Assembly (NCBI GenBank): GCA_040882465.1
Contig: JBBEBG010000026.1
Coordinates: 195,974-259,973 of the forward strand
Length of the DNA: 64,000 nt
Source of the DNA: Gemmatimonadota bacterium
GTDB lineage: Bacteria; Gemmatimonadota; Gemmatimonadetes; Longimicrobiales; Gaopeijiaceae
Direction: 5' to 3'
Below the pieces are notes generated by a model that worked only from the letters and a program-made list of their open reading frames with translations, made no database searches and was not told the origin of the DNA. How positions within the stretch are numbered: the first letter of the stretch is position 1; each line of letters opens with the position of its first letter. Of this stretch, positions 1 to 9,540 are shown piece by piece. Position numbers and translations under genes: made by a program.

Positions 1-245
1 CTCGGCGCCTGCCTGGAGGAAAAGAATGGGCGGCCGGCGGCCCATTCTTACCCGGCCCTCCCCCACGACCACGGCCGCCGCAGGGGTGCGCCCCGCGCGC
101 CACCGCGCCTCGCTTGAAGAAGGGGAGGTCGTCTGGCACGCGACGCGCTGGCCCGGGGATTGCGTATCCAATCGGGCCCGATCGCCGGCTTCCGAACTCT
201 GTCTCGACCGAGGGTGCGCGGAGCCCGACCCCACCGAGGAATCCC

Positions 246-992
246 ATGAACTTCGTGAAGGCCCAGGACGGACCGGCTCAGAACTCCGAGCCCGACTCGC
301 TCTTCCCCCTCCCTCCCCTCCCCGAAAACGCGGGGCACGGGTCCTCGCCCCAGGAGAACTCCGAAGAGCCCGCATCCGACGAGGTCGAAGCATCCTTCGA
401 CCAGGCGGTTGACGCCGCCCAGGCGGGTCGCAACGAAGACGCGATGTTCATGTACCGCACGATCCTGCGCGCCAGCCCAGCGCACGTGCGCGCGAGGAAC
501 AACTTGGGGCTCCTCCTCGACCTGATGGGCGACCACGCGGTAGCCCTGGAGCACTTTCGCGCCGCACTCCAGATCGAGCCTCACAATCCCACGGTCCTGG
601 CGAATCTGGGAGCCACCCTTGGGAGTCTCGGGCGATACGACGAAGCCGAATCGCGGCTCCACGAGGCAATCGGAATGGATCCCGAGAGCACGGAGGCCCG
701 TGTGAATCTCGGCATCCTGCACATGCGCCGGGGACTATACGGGGAAGCGGAAGCCGAGCTCCGCCGTGTCGCGGAGCGCGAACCCAATCACGCCACTGCG
801 CATCTCTTTCGAGGAAAGGCATTGAACCGGCTTGGGCGCGTGGATGAGGCCCTCGACGCCCTCGCCCAGGCCGCGCGGCTCCGTCCAAGCGATCCGCAGG
901 CCTTCCACCTCATGGGGATCCTCTATGATCGGAAGGGTCTTCCCCAGGAGGCGGCCGTCATGTACCGGCGCGCCCAATCGCTCGTCCGGTAA
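246..992 (+). CDS. TPR repeat protein
   Basis: ORF 114..992 trimmed to ATG 246, preceded by GAGGAA. Translation shows several 34-aa TPR-like repeats (AMFMYRTIL..., ALEHFRAALQIEP..., AESRLHEAIGMDP..., LDALAQAARLRP...). The upstream part of the ORF is low-complexity R/P-rich. Confidence 0.7.
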   Translation: MNFVKAQDGPAQNSEPDSLFPLPPLPENAGHGSSPQENSEEPASDEVEASFDQAVDAAQAGRNEDAMFMYRTILRASPAHVRARNNLGLLLDLMGDHAVALEHFRAALQIEPHNPTVLANLGATLGSLGRYDEAESRLHEAIGMDPESTEARVNLGILHMRRGLYGEAEAELRRVAEREPNHATAHLFRGKALNRLGRVDEALDALAQAARLRPSDPQAFHLMGILYDRKGLPQEAAVMYRRAQSLVR

Positions 993-1005
993 TGGGAGGG
1001 TCACC

Positions 1006-1629
1006 ATGAGAGCCGGAATCCCTATGCCGGCCCGCGGCATCACGGCGGTCGTTGTCCTCGGGATCGGTGCTGGTCTCGCGCACCCGGCGAAGGCTCAGGT
1101 CGCTTGGGACGCGCCCTTCCTCGTCCCCCCGCGCGTAGGATCCGGTTGGGGGCTGGCGCTCCTGGATCCGGCGGGAGGAGACTTCGGGGTGTTGGGATCC
1201 TGGCGGGGCCGAGGCGGTTCCCTGGGGATTCGCGGCGGCCTCGCCGAGGAGCGCAACGACGACCTGGCGGCCTTTGCCGGTGTGGACTTTTCGGGGTCGC
1301 TCGCGCGCCGCTCGTCCGACATGCCCGTGGACGTGGACTGGATTGCGGGGGTCGGGCTCGGAGTGGGTGATGAGATTCTGTTCAGCATTCCCTTCGGCGT
1401 GACCATCGGCGCCGCCATCTCGACGGAGTCCGTGGCCTTCGGTCCGTACGTCAGTCCACGCCTCATTCTCGACGCGTGGACCGGGGACGATGGGCCCCGT
1501 GACGGGCTCGACCTCGAGTTGGCCGTGGATCTCGGGCTGGATGTGGCCTTCAACCCCGGATGGACGCTCCGCTTCGGTGCGACGCTGGGCGACCGGGAAG
1601 CGCTGGCCGTGGGTTTCGCAGTTCACTAG
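1006..1629 (+). CDS. secreted Gly/Asp-rich hypothetical protein, possibly outer-membrane beta-barrel
   Basis: Internal ATG 1006 follows GGGAGGG. Signal peptide MRAGIPMPARGITAVVVLGIGAGLAHPAKAQ. Alternating hydrophobic/Gly pattern. The upstream part of ORF 832.. overlaps the TPR gene and looks like a frame artefact. Confidence 0.5.
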   Translation: MRAGIPMPARGITAVVVLGIGAGLAHPAKAQVAWDAPFLVPPRVGSGWGLALLDPAGGDFGVLGSWRGRGGSLGIRGGLAEERNDDLAAFAGVDFSGSLARRSSDMPVDVDWIAGVGLGVGDEILFSIPFGVTIGAAISTESVAFGPYVSPRLILDAWTGDDGPRDGLDLELAVDLGLDVAFNPGWTLRFGATLGDREALAVGFAVH

Positions 1630-1706
1630 AGCGGTGCGGGGTGGGCCTCGGAGGGCGGGCCCAGCAAGGGTTGTCCGGCGTCTCCGGGGAAGCTAGCCTC
1701 CTCGTC

Positions 1707-2432
1707 ATGCCAGCATCCCGCTCCATGCCGAGGTCCATCCTCGGGCTCCTCCTGATCGGCATCGTTCTCGCCGCCGTCCGGTGCTCCACGGTTTCCGAAG
1801 CGCCCCCCGCGGCACCCATCCCGCCCTCTCTCGCGCAGAGCGCTCCCCCCTCCCCGTTTCTCCTGGATCCGACGGCGCCCGAGGTAAACCTTCCCGTTCC
1901 CGAGCGCTTCAAGGTCCTCTTCGAAACGTCGCAAGGGGACTTCGTGGTGGAGGTGATCTCGGCCTGGGCGCCGATGGGAGCCCGACGTTTTTATAACCTC
2001 GTGAGCAACGGTTATTACGACGGCGCGAGGTTTTTCAGGGTCCTTCCCGGATTCGTGGCCCAGTTCGGGATTCACGCCGTGCCCGAGGTCACCGCTGCGT
2101 GGAGGCAGGCCGCCATTCCCGACGATCCGCCCTCACGCTCGAACACACGCGGTACGCTCACCTTCGCCACCGCCGGGCCAAACACGCGGACCGTTCAGCT
2201 CTTCGTCAACCTGGTGGACAACGCGCGGCTCGACCCGATGGGTTTTTCTCCCTTCGCCGTCGTGACTGGAGGAATGGACGTCGTGGATCGGCTCCACGGC
2301 GACTACGGGGAGGGCGCGCCGAACGGACAGGGTCCCGATCAGGCGCGCATCCAGGCCGAGGGCGAAAGTTACCTGGCCCGGGACTTTCCCTTGCTCGACA
2401 GCGTCATTCGCGCCCGCATCATCGAGGACTGA
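1707..2432 (+). CDS. peptidyl-prolyl cis-trans isomerase, cyclophilin type
   Basis: Cyclophilin core ([12 protein letters not shown]..., [10 protein letters not shown]..., FGIHAV...[20 protein letters not shown]). N-terminal hydrophobic signal/anchor. Start taken at internal ATG 1707. Confidence 0.85.
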   Translation: MPASRSMPRSILGLLLIGIVLAAVRCSTVSEAPPAAPIPPSLAQSAPPSPFLLDPTAPEVNLPVPERFKVLFETSQGDFVVEVISAWAPMGARRFYNLVSNGYYDGARFFRVLPGFVAQFGIHAVPEVTAAWRQAAIPDDPPSRSNTRGTLTFATAGPNTRTVQLFVNLVDNARLDPMGFSPFAVVTGGMDVVDRLHGDYGEGAPNGQGPDQARIQAEGESYLARDFPLLDSVIRARIIED

Positions 2433-2448
2433 TCCGGAGGGACCTTTC

Positions 2449-2898
2449 ATGCTGAAAGAGTTCAAAGAGTTCGCACTCAAGGGAAACGTCCTCGACATGG
2501 CCGTCGGGATCATCATCGGCGCCGCCTTCGGGACCATCGTTCAGTCCCTCGTGAACGACGTCGTGATGCCGCCGGTCGGGCTTCTGCTCGGAGGCGTGGA
2601 CTTCACCGACCTCTTCGTCGTCCTGCGCGAAGGTGAGTTCGCCGCCGGCCCCTACGCGACACTGGCCGCGGCGCAGGATGGTGGCGCGGTGACGATCGCC
2701 TACGGAGTGTTCCTGAACGCCGTGATCTCCTTCACGATCGTCGCCTTGGCGGTTTTTTTTCTCGTGCGAAGCTTCAATCGCCTCAAGGCCGCGACCGAAA
2801 AAAAGGAGGCCGCGGCCCCGGTGACCCCCCCGCCGCCCTCCGCCGAGGAGAAACTTCTCGCCGAGATACGCGATCTCCTGAAGGCGAGCCGCGCCTGA
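2449..2898 (+). CDS. mscL: large-conductance mechanosensitive channel
   Basis: [46 protein letters not shown]... is the canonical MscL N-terminus. 149 aa. Confidence 0.95.
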   Translation: MLKEFKEFALKGNVLDMAVGIIIGAAFGTIVQSLVNDVVMPPVGLLLGGVDFTDLFVVLREGEFAAGPYATLAAAQDGGAVTIAYGVFLNAVISFTIVALAVFFLVRSFNRLKAATEKKEAAAPVTPPPPSAEEKLLAEIRDLLKASRA

Positions 2899-2917
2899 GC
2901 GGCGGGGGCCCGGCGAG

Positions 2918-4825
2918 CTACCAGACGTCCCCTTCCAGGTAGGTGTATCCGGCGAGCCCGGCGATGTAGTCGGCGATGAAGGTGTTCGCTTCGCTCCTCG
3001 GGAGCGTGGTAGCGCGCGCGACCTTCTTCCGGAAGTTGGCGATGAGGGTGTCGGAGTCGTACTGGACGTACTTCAGGACGTCCGTCACCGTGTCCCCCCG
3101 CGAAAGCTCGGTCACCTCGTAATCGCCATCGGAAGTCAGGGAGAGGTGCACCGTGTTCGTGTCACCGAAGAGGTTGTGCAGGTCCCCGAGGATTTCCTGG
3201 TAGGCCCCGGTGATGAAGATCCCGAGGATGTAGGGCCGCGCCGGATCGAAGGTGTGGAGTTCGATTCCCCGCTGACCTGCCCCGTTTCCGACAAAGCGAT
3301 CGATCTTCCCATCCGAATCGCAAGTCACGTCCTGAAGCGTCCCGCGGCGAGTGGGGCGCTCGTCCAATCGGTGGATCGGCATGATGGGAAAGAGCTGGTC
3401 GATCGCCCAGGAATCCGGGAGGGACTGAAAGAGCGAGAAGTTGCAGAAGTATCGGTCGGTGAGGATGTCCTCCATCTCCGGGAGGATGTCCTCCCATTCC
3501 TCCGGCTCTCGTCGCGCGAGCTCCGCCCCCCGCGTCATGATCGCGAGGTAGAGCCGCTCCGCCAGTGCCCGTTCCGGGAGGCTCAGCACTCCGCTGTTGT
3601 ACAGCGACCGCATCCGGTCCTTCCAGTATGATGCGTCGTGGAAGACCTCCCGAAGCGATCGCTCGCTCATTCCGTGGAGCGTTTCCGCGAGGTCGTGGAC
3701 CACCGAGTGCATTTCTTCCGGGATCTCGTCCCGGTCCTCGACGATTTGGGTCTCCAGCGCGATGACGTTCACGAGGAGGAGGGTGTGGTGCGCGGTGAGC
3801 GCCCTCCCCGACTCCGATAGGATGTGCGGCATGGGGAGGTCGTTTTCCCGGCACGCCTCCGCCATCGCGTACACGATGTCGTTCGCATACTCCTGGATGG
3901 AGTAGTTCACGCTCGCCGAGCCGACCGAGCGAGAACCGTCGTAGTCCACGCCGAGGCCACCACCCACGTCCACATGGGTGATGTCGAGCCCGAGCCTGCG
4001 GAGCTCCACGTAATAACGCGCGACCTCGGTCATCCCCTGCTTGATGTTCCGGATGTCGGGGATCTGCGAACCCATGTGAAAGTGGACCATCTTGAGGAGG
4101 TCGGTCCGTCCCGCCGCGCGGAGCTTCTCAACGACACGCATGAGCTCGGAGGCCGAGAGCCCGAACTTGCTCTTCTCTCCGGCGGTCTCGGACCACCGTC
4201 CCGCCCCCGCGGTCGAGAGCTTGATGCGCACCCCCGCAACGGGGCGGATGTCCATCTCTTCGCCGAGCTTCAGGAGGAGATCCACCTCTGAGATCTTCTC
4301 GATCACGATCATCACCTGATGCCCGAGCTTCTGCCCCATCAGCGCCAGGTAGAGGTATTCCTCGTCCTTGTAGCCGTTGCAGATGATGAGGTGATCGGTC
4401 CGGTCGGTGAGAGCGAGGACCGCCTGGAGCTCGGGCTTGCTCCCGACCTCGAGTCCGAGGCCATGTTCCTCCCCGGCGGCGACGAGCGCCTCGAGGACCT
4501 TCCTCTGCTGGTTGACCTTGATGGGATAAACGAGGGTGTACCCCCCGTCGTAGTCGTACTCCTCCATCGCCGTGCCGAAGCGGGAGACGAGGGTCTCGAT
4601 CCGGGTGCGGAGGATGTCGGGGAAACGGAGGAGGATGGGGAGTCCGACGCCCTGACCCATGAGATCGGTCGCGATCTCGTAGAGGTCGAGTCCTTTCTCC
4701 GCTTCGCGCGTCGGATGCACGGTAACGTGCCCACTAGCATTGATGTCGAAGTAGCCGACGCCCCACCACTCGATGTTATAGAGATGCCGGGCCTCCTCGA
4801 TCGTCCAACCCATCGCCGATTCCAC
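2918..4825 (-). CDS. speA: biosynthetic arginine decarboxylase
   Basis: 635 aa. MGWTIEEARHLYNIEWWGVGYFDINASGHVTV... and the PLP-fold region match SpeA over the full length. Confidence 0.95.
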   Translation of the reverse strand: MESAMGWTIEEARHLYNIEWWGVGYFDINASGHVTVHPTREAEKGLDLYEIATDLMGQGVGLPILLRFPDILRTRIETLVSRFGTAMEEYDYDGGYTLVYPIKVNQQRKVLEALVAAGEEHGLGLEVGSKPELQAVLALTDRTDHLIICNGYKDEEYLYLALMGQKLGHQVMIVIEKISEVDLLLKLGEEMDIRPVAGVRIKLSTAGAGRWSETAGEKSKFGLSASELMRVVEKLRAAGRTDLLKMVHFHMGSQIPDIRNIKQGMTEVARYYVELRRLGLDITHVDVGGGLGVDYDGSRSVGSASVNYSIQEYANDIVYAMAEACRENDLPMPHILSESGRALTAHHTLLLVNVIALETQIVEDRDEIPEEMHSVVHDLAETLHGMSERSLREVFHDASYWKDRMRSLYNSGVLSLPERALAERLYLAIMTRGAELARREPEEWEDILPEMEDILTDRYFCNFSLFQSLPDSWAIDQLFPIMPIHRLDERPTRRGTLQDVTCDSDGKIDRFVGNGAGQRGIELHTFDPARPYILGIFITGAYQEILGDLHNLFGDTNTVHLSLTSDGDYEVTELSRGDTVTDVLKYVQYDSDTLIANFRKKVARATTLPRSEANTFIADYIAGLAGYTYLEGDVW

Positions 4826-4936
4826 CTTCCCGCAGGTCGCGGAGCATAAAGGGCGGCCACGCTCCCCAGCGCGATCGCGGGAAGAAGATCGCGGGCGAGG
4901 GGCGGAAGCTCAACTTCTGCGGGGACGTGCCGGGTT

Positions 4937-6208
4937 GTGCCCTCCTCGGTTGTGCCGCTCCTCCCTTCCGCGCTAAGTTCCGCTGAGCCCGAACAAAATG
5001 CGAATCTCCGCCTCGCGATGACCCTCCTCCCGGACGCGCCCCCACTCCCCGAACGCGCGGCCGCGCTCCTTGCGAAGGTGCGCGCCGGGGCGAAGAACCG
5101 TCCCGGGATCTACCGGTTCTTCGGCGCTCGTGGTGAGCTCCTCTACGTCGGGAAGTCCGTGCGGATCCGCGCGCGGCTCCTCTCCTACTTCCGCGCCGGC
5201 CCCGATGAAAAACCGGGCGAGCTCGTGAGGATGTCCGGCGGGGTCGAGTGGGAGTATGTCCCAACCGAGTTCGAAGCGCTTCTTCGGGAGTTCCGGTTGA
5301 TTCGGACCTTCCGCCCGCGCTTCAACGTGCAGCATCGGCGTGAGCGTCGCTTCGCCTGGGTGAAGCTGGCGGGGGGGGCGGCACCGCGGCTCTCCGCGAC
5401 CCGCGCCCCAGCGGCCGATGGCCACGCCTACTTCGGTCCCTTTCCGGCGAGAAGGGATCTCCCCGACGCCCTCCATCGTCTGGCGCACCTGATGAAGCTG
5501 CGCGACTGCCCAGCCCGCACCCCCCTGTTTTTCGCCGACCAACTGGACCTCCTACGGGAGCCGCGGGCGCCCGCGTGCCCGAGGGCCGATTTGGGGAATT
5601 GTCTCGCCCCCTGCGCGGGACTCTGCACAGAAAAGGAATACGCTTCCCGTGTGCGCGAGACGACGGAGTTTCTGGGAGGGCGGTCGGAGGTGCCCCTCGG
5701 GAGAATTCGCGCGCTCATGGAAGGCGCGGCGGAGCGGCACGAATACGAGATGGCGGCCCGCTTCAGGGACTCGGAAGAGCGGCTCCGCCACCTTCGCGAC
5801 GAGGTCGTGGCCTTCCGCGACTACCTGGAAGGCCTCACCTTCGTCTACCGTGTCCCCGTCGAAGAGAAGCGCGCCCGAGGTTACCTCCTACGGGCGGGAC
5901 GGGTCCGGCTCACCTTCGACGAGCCCGATGCGGGAAGCGGCGCGGCGCGGGAGCTCGCGCGCAATCTGCGGGGCCTCCTCCGGGATCCCGACCGGCCCCC
6001 TGCGGCCCTCACCGTCGAAGAACGGGAAGAGCTCTTCTTGGCGGCCCGGTGGTTCCGCGCACACCCCGCAGAGCGCGAACGGGGGCTGGATCCCGCGGAC
6101 TACATCACCGAGCGGCTTGCCTCCGCCGCGCCGGACGAGGATGATGGCAATCCGTCCCACGCCACCCCGACCCCTTCACGCCGCCGACGCCGGAACTCCC
6201 ATCCATGA
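4937..6208 (+). CDS. GIY-YIG nuclease with UvrC-like Cys-rich and UVR domains, lacking the C-terminal UvrC endonuclease/HhH half (Cho-like)
   Basis: GIY-YIG motif (GIYRFFGARGELLYVGKSVRIRARLLSYF...EYVPTEFEALLRE). Cys cluster (CPRADLGNCLAPCAGLC). UVR-like helix pair (RIRALMEGAAERHEYEMAARFRDSEERLRHL). Ends after 423 aa with a low-complexity tail. An alternative start ATG lies near 5018. Confidence 0.6.
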   Translation: MPSSVVPLLPSALSSAEPEQNANLRLAMTLLPDAPPLPERAAALLAKVRAGAKNRPGIYRFFGARGELLYVGKSVRIRARLLSYFRAGPDEKPGELVRMSGGVEWEYVPTEFEALLREFRLIRTFRPRFNVQHRRERRFAWVKLAGGAAPRLSATRAPAADGHAYFGPFPARRDLPDALHRLAHLMKLRDCPARTPLFFADQLDLLREPRAPACPRADLGNCLAPCAGLCTEKEYASRVRETTEFLGGRSEVPLGRIRALMEGAAERHEYEMAARFRDSEERLRHLRDEVVAFRDYLEGLTFVYRVPVEEKRARGYLLRAGRVRLTFDEPDAGSGAARELARNLRGLLRDPDRPPAALTVEEREELFLAARWFRAHPAERERGLDPADYITERLASAAPDEDDGNPSHATPTPSRRRRRNSHP

Positions 6209-7149
6209 CCCCGCGGATCTCGAGCCTGCACCATGTGACCGCCACTGTTTCGGGCGCGCAGCCGGACCTCGACTTTTACGCCGGGCTGCTCGGGCTCCGC
6301 CTGGTGAAGACGACGGTAAACTTCGACAATCCCGCCGTTTATCATCTCTATTACGGAGACGAGCGCGGGACTCCTTCGACCCTCATGACCACCTTCCCGT
6401 ACGAGGGATGGGGTGTCCCCATCGGGGTCCGGGGAGCGGGGCAGATTCATGTGACTTCTTTTTCGGTCCTCCCCGGAACTCTCGATTTCTGGCGGCAGCG
6501 ATTTTTCGCGGGCGAGGCCGCGTTCGTTGCGGAAGACGAGCGCTTCGGATCCCGGGCCCTGACCGTCGCGGACCCCTCGGGCCTCAACATCGAATTGATC
6601 GAGGCGCCCGAGGACACCCGCACTCCCTGGACGGGCGGAGAGGTGGAGGCGGCCGCCGCGATTCGCGGGGTCCAGGGGGTGACTCTTCTCCACCGCGATT
6701 CCCGGCCCACGCTCCGCTTCGTCACGGATGTCCTCGGATTTCAGGTCGCCGCCGAAGAGGGTGCGCGCACGAAAGTCTCGATCGGTGAAGGGGGGCCGGG
6801 CGCGACGCTCGAGCTCCTTCGCGATGCCTCCGCCCCCGTCGCGCAGAACGGCCTCGGGACCGTGCACCACGTAGCGTTCGCGGTGGCGGATGGGGCCGAG
6901 CAGCTCCGGATTCGCGAGCTTCTGGTGCGCGCGGGTGTCCAGGTGACGGAAGTGCGGGACCGGCAGTATTTCCAGTCCATTTATTTCCGTGAACCGGGCG
7001 GGGTCCTCTTCGAGATCGCGACCGCGGGACCGGGTTTCCTGATCGACGAAGACTCGTCGAGCCTGGGCGGAGCGCTCAAGCTCCCCCCCTGGGAGGAGGA
7101 GCGCCGGGAAACCATCGAAGGCCGACTTCCGCCGCTCTCCAGGGAATAA
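6205..7149 (+). CDS. VOC-family ring-cleaving dioxygenase (two glyoxalase-like domains)
   Basis: SLHHVTATVSGAQPDLDFYAGLLGLRLVKTTVNFD...YHLYYGDERGTP and a second VOC repeat (GVQGVTLLH...GTVHHVAFAV). ATGA overlap with the upstream gene. Confidence 0.75.
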   Translation: MTPRISSLHHVTATVSGAQPDLDFYAGLLGLRLVKTTVNFDNPAVYHLYYGDERGTPSTLMTTFPYEGWGVPIGVRGAGQIHVTSFSVLPGTLDFWRQRFFAGEAAFVAEDERFGSRALTVADPSGLNIELIEAPEDTRTPWTGGEVEAAAAIRGVQGVTLLHRDSRPTLRFVTDVLGFQVAAEEGARTKVSIGEGGPGATLELLRDASAPVAQNGLGTVHHVAFAVADGAEQLRIRELLVRAGVQVTEVRDRQYFQSIYFREPGGVLFEIATAGPGFLIDEDSSSLGGALKLPPWEEERRETIEGRLPPLSRE

Positions 7150-7219
7150 CACAAGGAACTACGGAGCCGCCGCCGGGTTCCCCGAGAACCCCCTTCGATC
7201 ACCCCCTGCATTCGCTCCC

Positions 7220-8533
7220 ATGCGCTCCACTGGGATCCATCCCGCCATCGAGGCGACGCGCGAAACCGGCGCCTTCGGCCCGCGCCTCGAAGAGCGTTTC
7301 CTGGGAATTCGCGCATTCTCCGAGAAGCTGACGGAGGGGCTGCTCCCCGAGGACTTCGTCGTTCAGTCCATGACCGACGTGAGCCCCCTCAAGTGGCACC
7401 TGGCTCACACGACCTGGTTCTTCGAGTACTTCGTCCTCCTTCAGCACGCGGCGGGATACCGCCCCCTGGATCCGCGTTATCACCACCTCTTTAACTCGTA
7501 TTACGTCCAGGCGGGAGAGCGTCATTGCCGGGCCCAGCGTGGCTACCTCTCTCGCCCCACGGTGCGAGAGGTGTTGGATTACCGGGCCCATGTGGACGAC
7601 GCCATGACGCAGTTTCTCATGGCCGGCGAGCCTCCCCGCGTCCTCGCGGAGCTCGTCGAGCTCGGACTCCATCACGAACAGCAGCACCAGGAGTTGATAC
7701 TCACGGACCTGAAACACGTCTTCTCCGTGAATCCGCTCCGCCCCGAATATCGACCGCGGGCCACCGGCGCGCCTCGCGCGTCCGCCCGCACGCTTCGATG
7801 GATCGAGAATCCGGAAGGACTTCGTGAGGTGGGCGCCGCTGCCGAGGGATTCTCCTTCGACAACGAGCGCCCCCGCCACCGCGTTTACCTGAAAGGCTTC
7901 GCCCTCGCGGATCGGCTTGCGACCTGCGGCGAATTTCTCGAGTTCATGAAGGATGGCGGGTACGAGCGCGCCGACCTCTGGATGTCCGACGGCTGGGCGG
8001 TAGCCCGGGAGCGCGGGTGGACCGAGCCCTTTTATTGGGAGAAGCGAGATGGCGAATGGTGGGTCTTTACTCTGACGGGAATGCGGCGGGTGGAAGCGGC
8101 CGATCCGGTTTGCCACCTGAGCTGGTACGAGGCGGACGCCTTCGCCCGCTGGGCAGGAGCGCGACTTCCGACCGAGTTCGAGTGGGAGGTCGTCGCGGCG
8201 GATCTCCCCGTCGCGGGGAATCTCGTCGAAGCGGGCCACTACCATCCGATCCCCGCCACCGATCCGGCCTTGAGGACGGGGTCTTCACCGACGCAGATGT
8301 TCGGCGACCTCTGGGAGTGGACGGGAAGCTCGTACCGCCCCTATCCCGGCTTCATTCCGGCCCCGGGAGCGATCGGGGAATACAACGGGAAGTTCATGTC
8401 CAACCAGTTCGTCCTGCGGGGCGGCTCCTGCGCGACATCGGGGTCGCACCTGAGGGCGACGTATCGGAATTTCTTCCATCCGGACGCCTGTTGGCAGTTC
8501 TCGGGGGTCCGGCTCGCAAAGGACGTCGGGTGA
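7220..8533 (+). CDS. egtB: ergothioneine biosynthesis sulfoxide synthase (hercynine oxygenase), DinB_2 + FGE-sulfatase domains
   Basis: DinB-like N-terminus (WHLAHTTWFFEYFVL...HHEQQHQELILTD) and C-terminal FGE-like domain (GGYERADLWMSDGW...GDLWEWTGSSYRPYPGF...VLRGGSCATSGSHLRATYRNFFHP). 437 aa. Confidence 0.9.
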   Translation: MRSTGIHPAIEATRETGAFGPRLEERFLGIRAFSEKLTEGLLPEDFVVQSMTDVSPLKWHLAHTTWFFEYFVLLQHAAGYRPLDPRYHHLFNSYYVQAGERHCRAQRGYLSRPTVREVLDYRAHVDDAMTQFLMAGEPPRVLAELVELGLHHEQQHQELILTDLKHVFSVNPLRPEYRPRATGAPRASARTLRWIENPEGLREVGAAAEGFSFDNERPRHRVYLKGFALADRLATCGEFLEFMKDGGYERADLWMSDGWAVARERGWTEPFYWEKRDGEWWVFTLTGMRRVEAADPVCHLSWYEADAFARWAGARLPTEFEWEVVAADLPVAGNLVEAGHYHPIPATDPALRTGSSPTQMFGDLWEWTGSSYRPYPGFIPAPGAIGEYNGKFMSNQFVLRGGSCATSGSHLRATYRNFFHPDACWQFSGVRLAKDVG

Positions 8534-9522
8534 TTCCCCTCGCCCGGCTCGCCGAGCCTCCGCGCCTGGACTCCCTGCGCGAGGAGGTCCTCGCGGGACT
8601 CGGCGGGACGCCGAAGACCCTTCCGGCCCGCCTCCTCTACGACGCCGGGGGTTCGCGTCTCTTCGATCGGATCACGACGCTCCCGGAGTATTACCTCACC
8701 CGCACGGAACTCGAGATCCTTCGGCGGTGCCTCGGAGAGTTGGCGGAGCTGGTCGGCCCCGACGCGCTCGTGGTCGAGCCGGGGAGCGGGAATGGCGCGA
8801 AGGCGCAAATGTTACTCGGCGCCCTCGTGCGACCTCGTGCCTACGTCCCGGTGGACGTGGCCGTGTCGCAGCTGCGGTCGCTGGCACGCACGCTCCGCGA
8901 CCAGCCGATGGAGGTCGAGATCCACCCCGTCGTCGCCGACTATACGCGGCCGTTCGAACTCCCCCTCGCGCCGGCCGCCTTCCGGCGCACCCTCGTCTTC
9001 TTCCCCGGATCCACGATCGGAAACTTCGCCCTCGAGGAGGCGGTCGCCTTTCTCGCGATGCTCGGGCGACTCGCCGGGCCGGAGGGAGCCCTCCTTCTCG
9101 GCGCGGACCTCCGGAAGTCACCCCGGATCCTGGAGCCCGCGTACAACGACTCCGCCGGCCTCACGGCGGCGTTCAACCGCAACGTCCTCCTCCACCTGAA
9201 TCGGGCGCTCGGCACTCACTTCGATCCCCTCGCGTTTCGCCACCACGCGCCCTGGGTCCCCGACGAGAGCCGGATCGAGATGCGCCTCGTGAGCGTGCGC
9301 CACCAGGTTGTGCGGGTTCCGGTGGGAGCCGGCGAGCGACCTGCCGAGGTTCGTGTCGAGCTGGAGCCCGAGGAGCCCATCGTGACCGAGCATTCCTACA
9401 AATATTGGCCCGAAGACCTCGAGCGTCTCGTCGGGCGAGCGGGATGGACGACGGTGCGTGAGTGGCGGGACGAAGCGGGGTGGTATTCCGTGCGCTTTCT
9501 CGAACGGTCGGCCGCCGAGTAG
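8530..9522 (+). CDS. egtD: L-histidine N-alpha-methyltransferase
   Basis: GTG 8530 overlaps the egtB stop (GTGA). EgtD motifs (LLYDAGGSRLFDRITTLPEYYLTRTE...VEPGSGNGAKAQMLL...FFPGSTIGNF...YNDSAGLTAAFNRN). About 330 aa. The upstream 170 aa of ORF 8017.. is the antisense/alternate frame of egtB. Confidence 0.9.
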   Translation: MIPLARLAEPPRLDSLREEVLAGLGGTPKTLPARLLYDAGGSRLFDRITTLPEYYLTRTELEILRRCLGELAELVGPDALVVEPGSGNGAKAQMLLGALVRPRAYVPVDVAVSQLRSLARTLRDQPMEVEIHPVVADYTRPFELPLAPAAFRRTLVFFPGSTIGNFALEEAVAFLAMLGRLAGPEGALLLGADLRKSPRILEPAYNDSAGLTAAFNRNVLLHLNRALGTHFDPLAFRHHAPWVPDESRIEMRLVSVRHQVVRVPVGAGERPAEVRVELEPEEPIVTEHSYKYWPEDLERLVGRAGWTTVREWRDEAGWYSVRFLERSAAE

Positions 9523-9540
9523 CCCGGCGGCGGGTTATCC

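Noticed and set aside
114-245. N-terminal extensions of ORFs 114.., 832.., 1560.., 8017.., 10701.., 11842.., 38366.., 50098..
   Set aside because: The upstream portions are low-complexity or overlap the preceding gene in another frame. Internal starts with RBS or translational coupling give proteins of canonical length.
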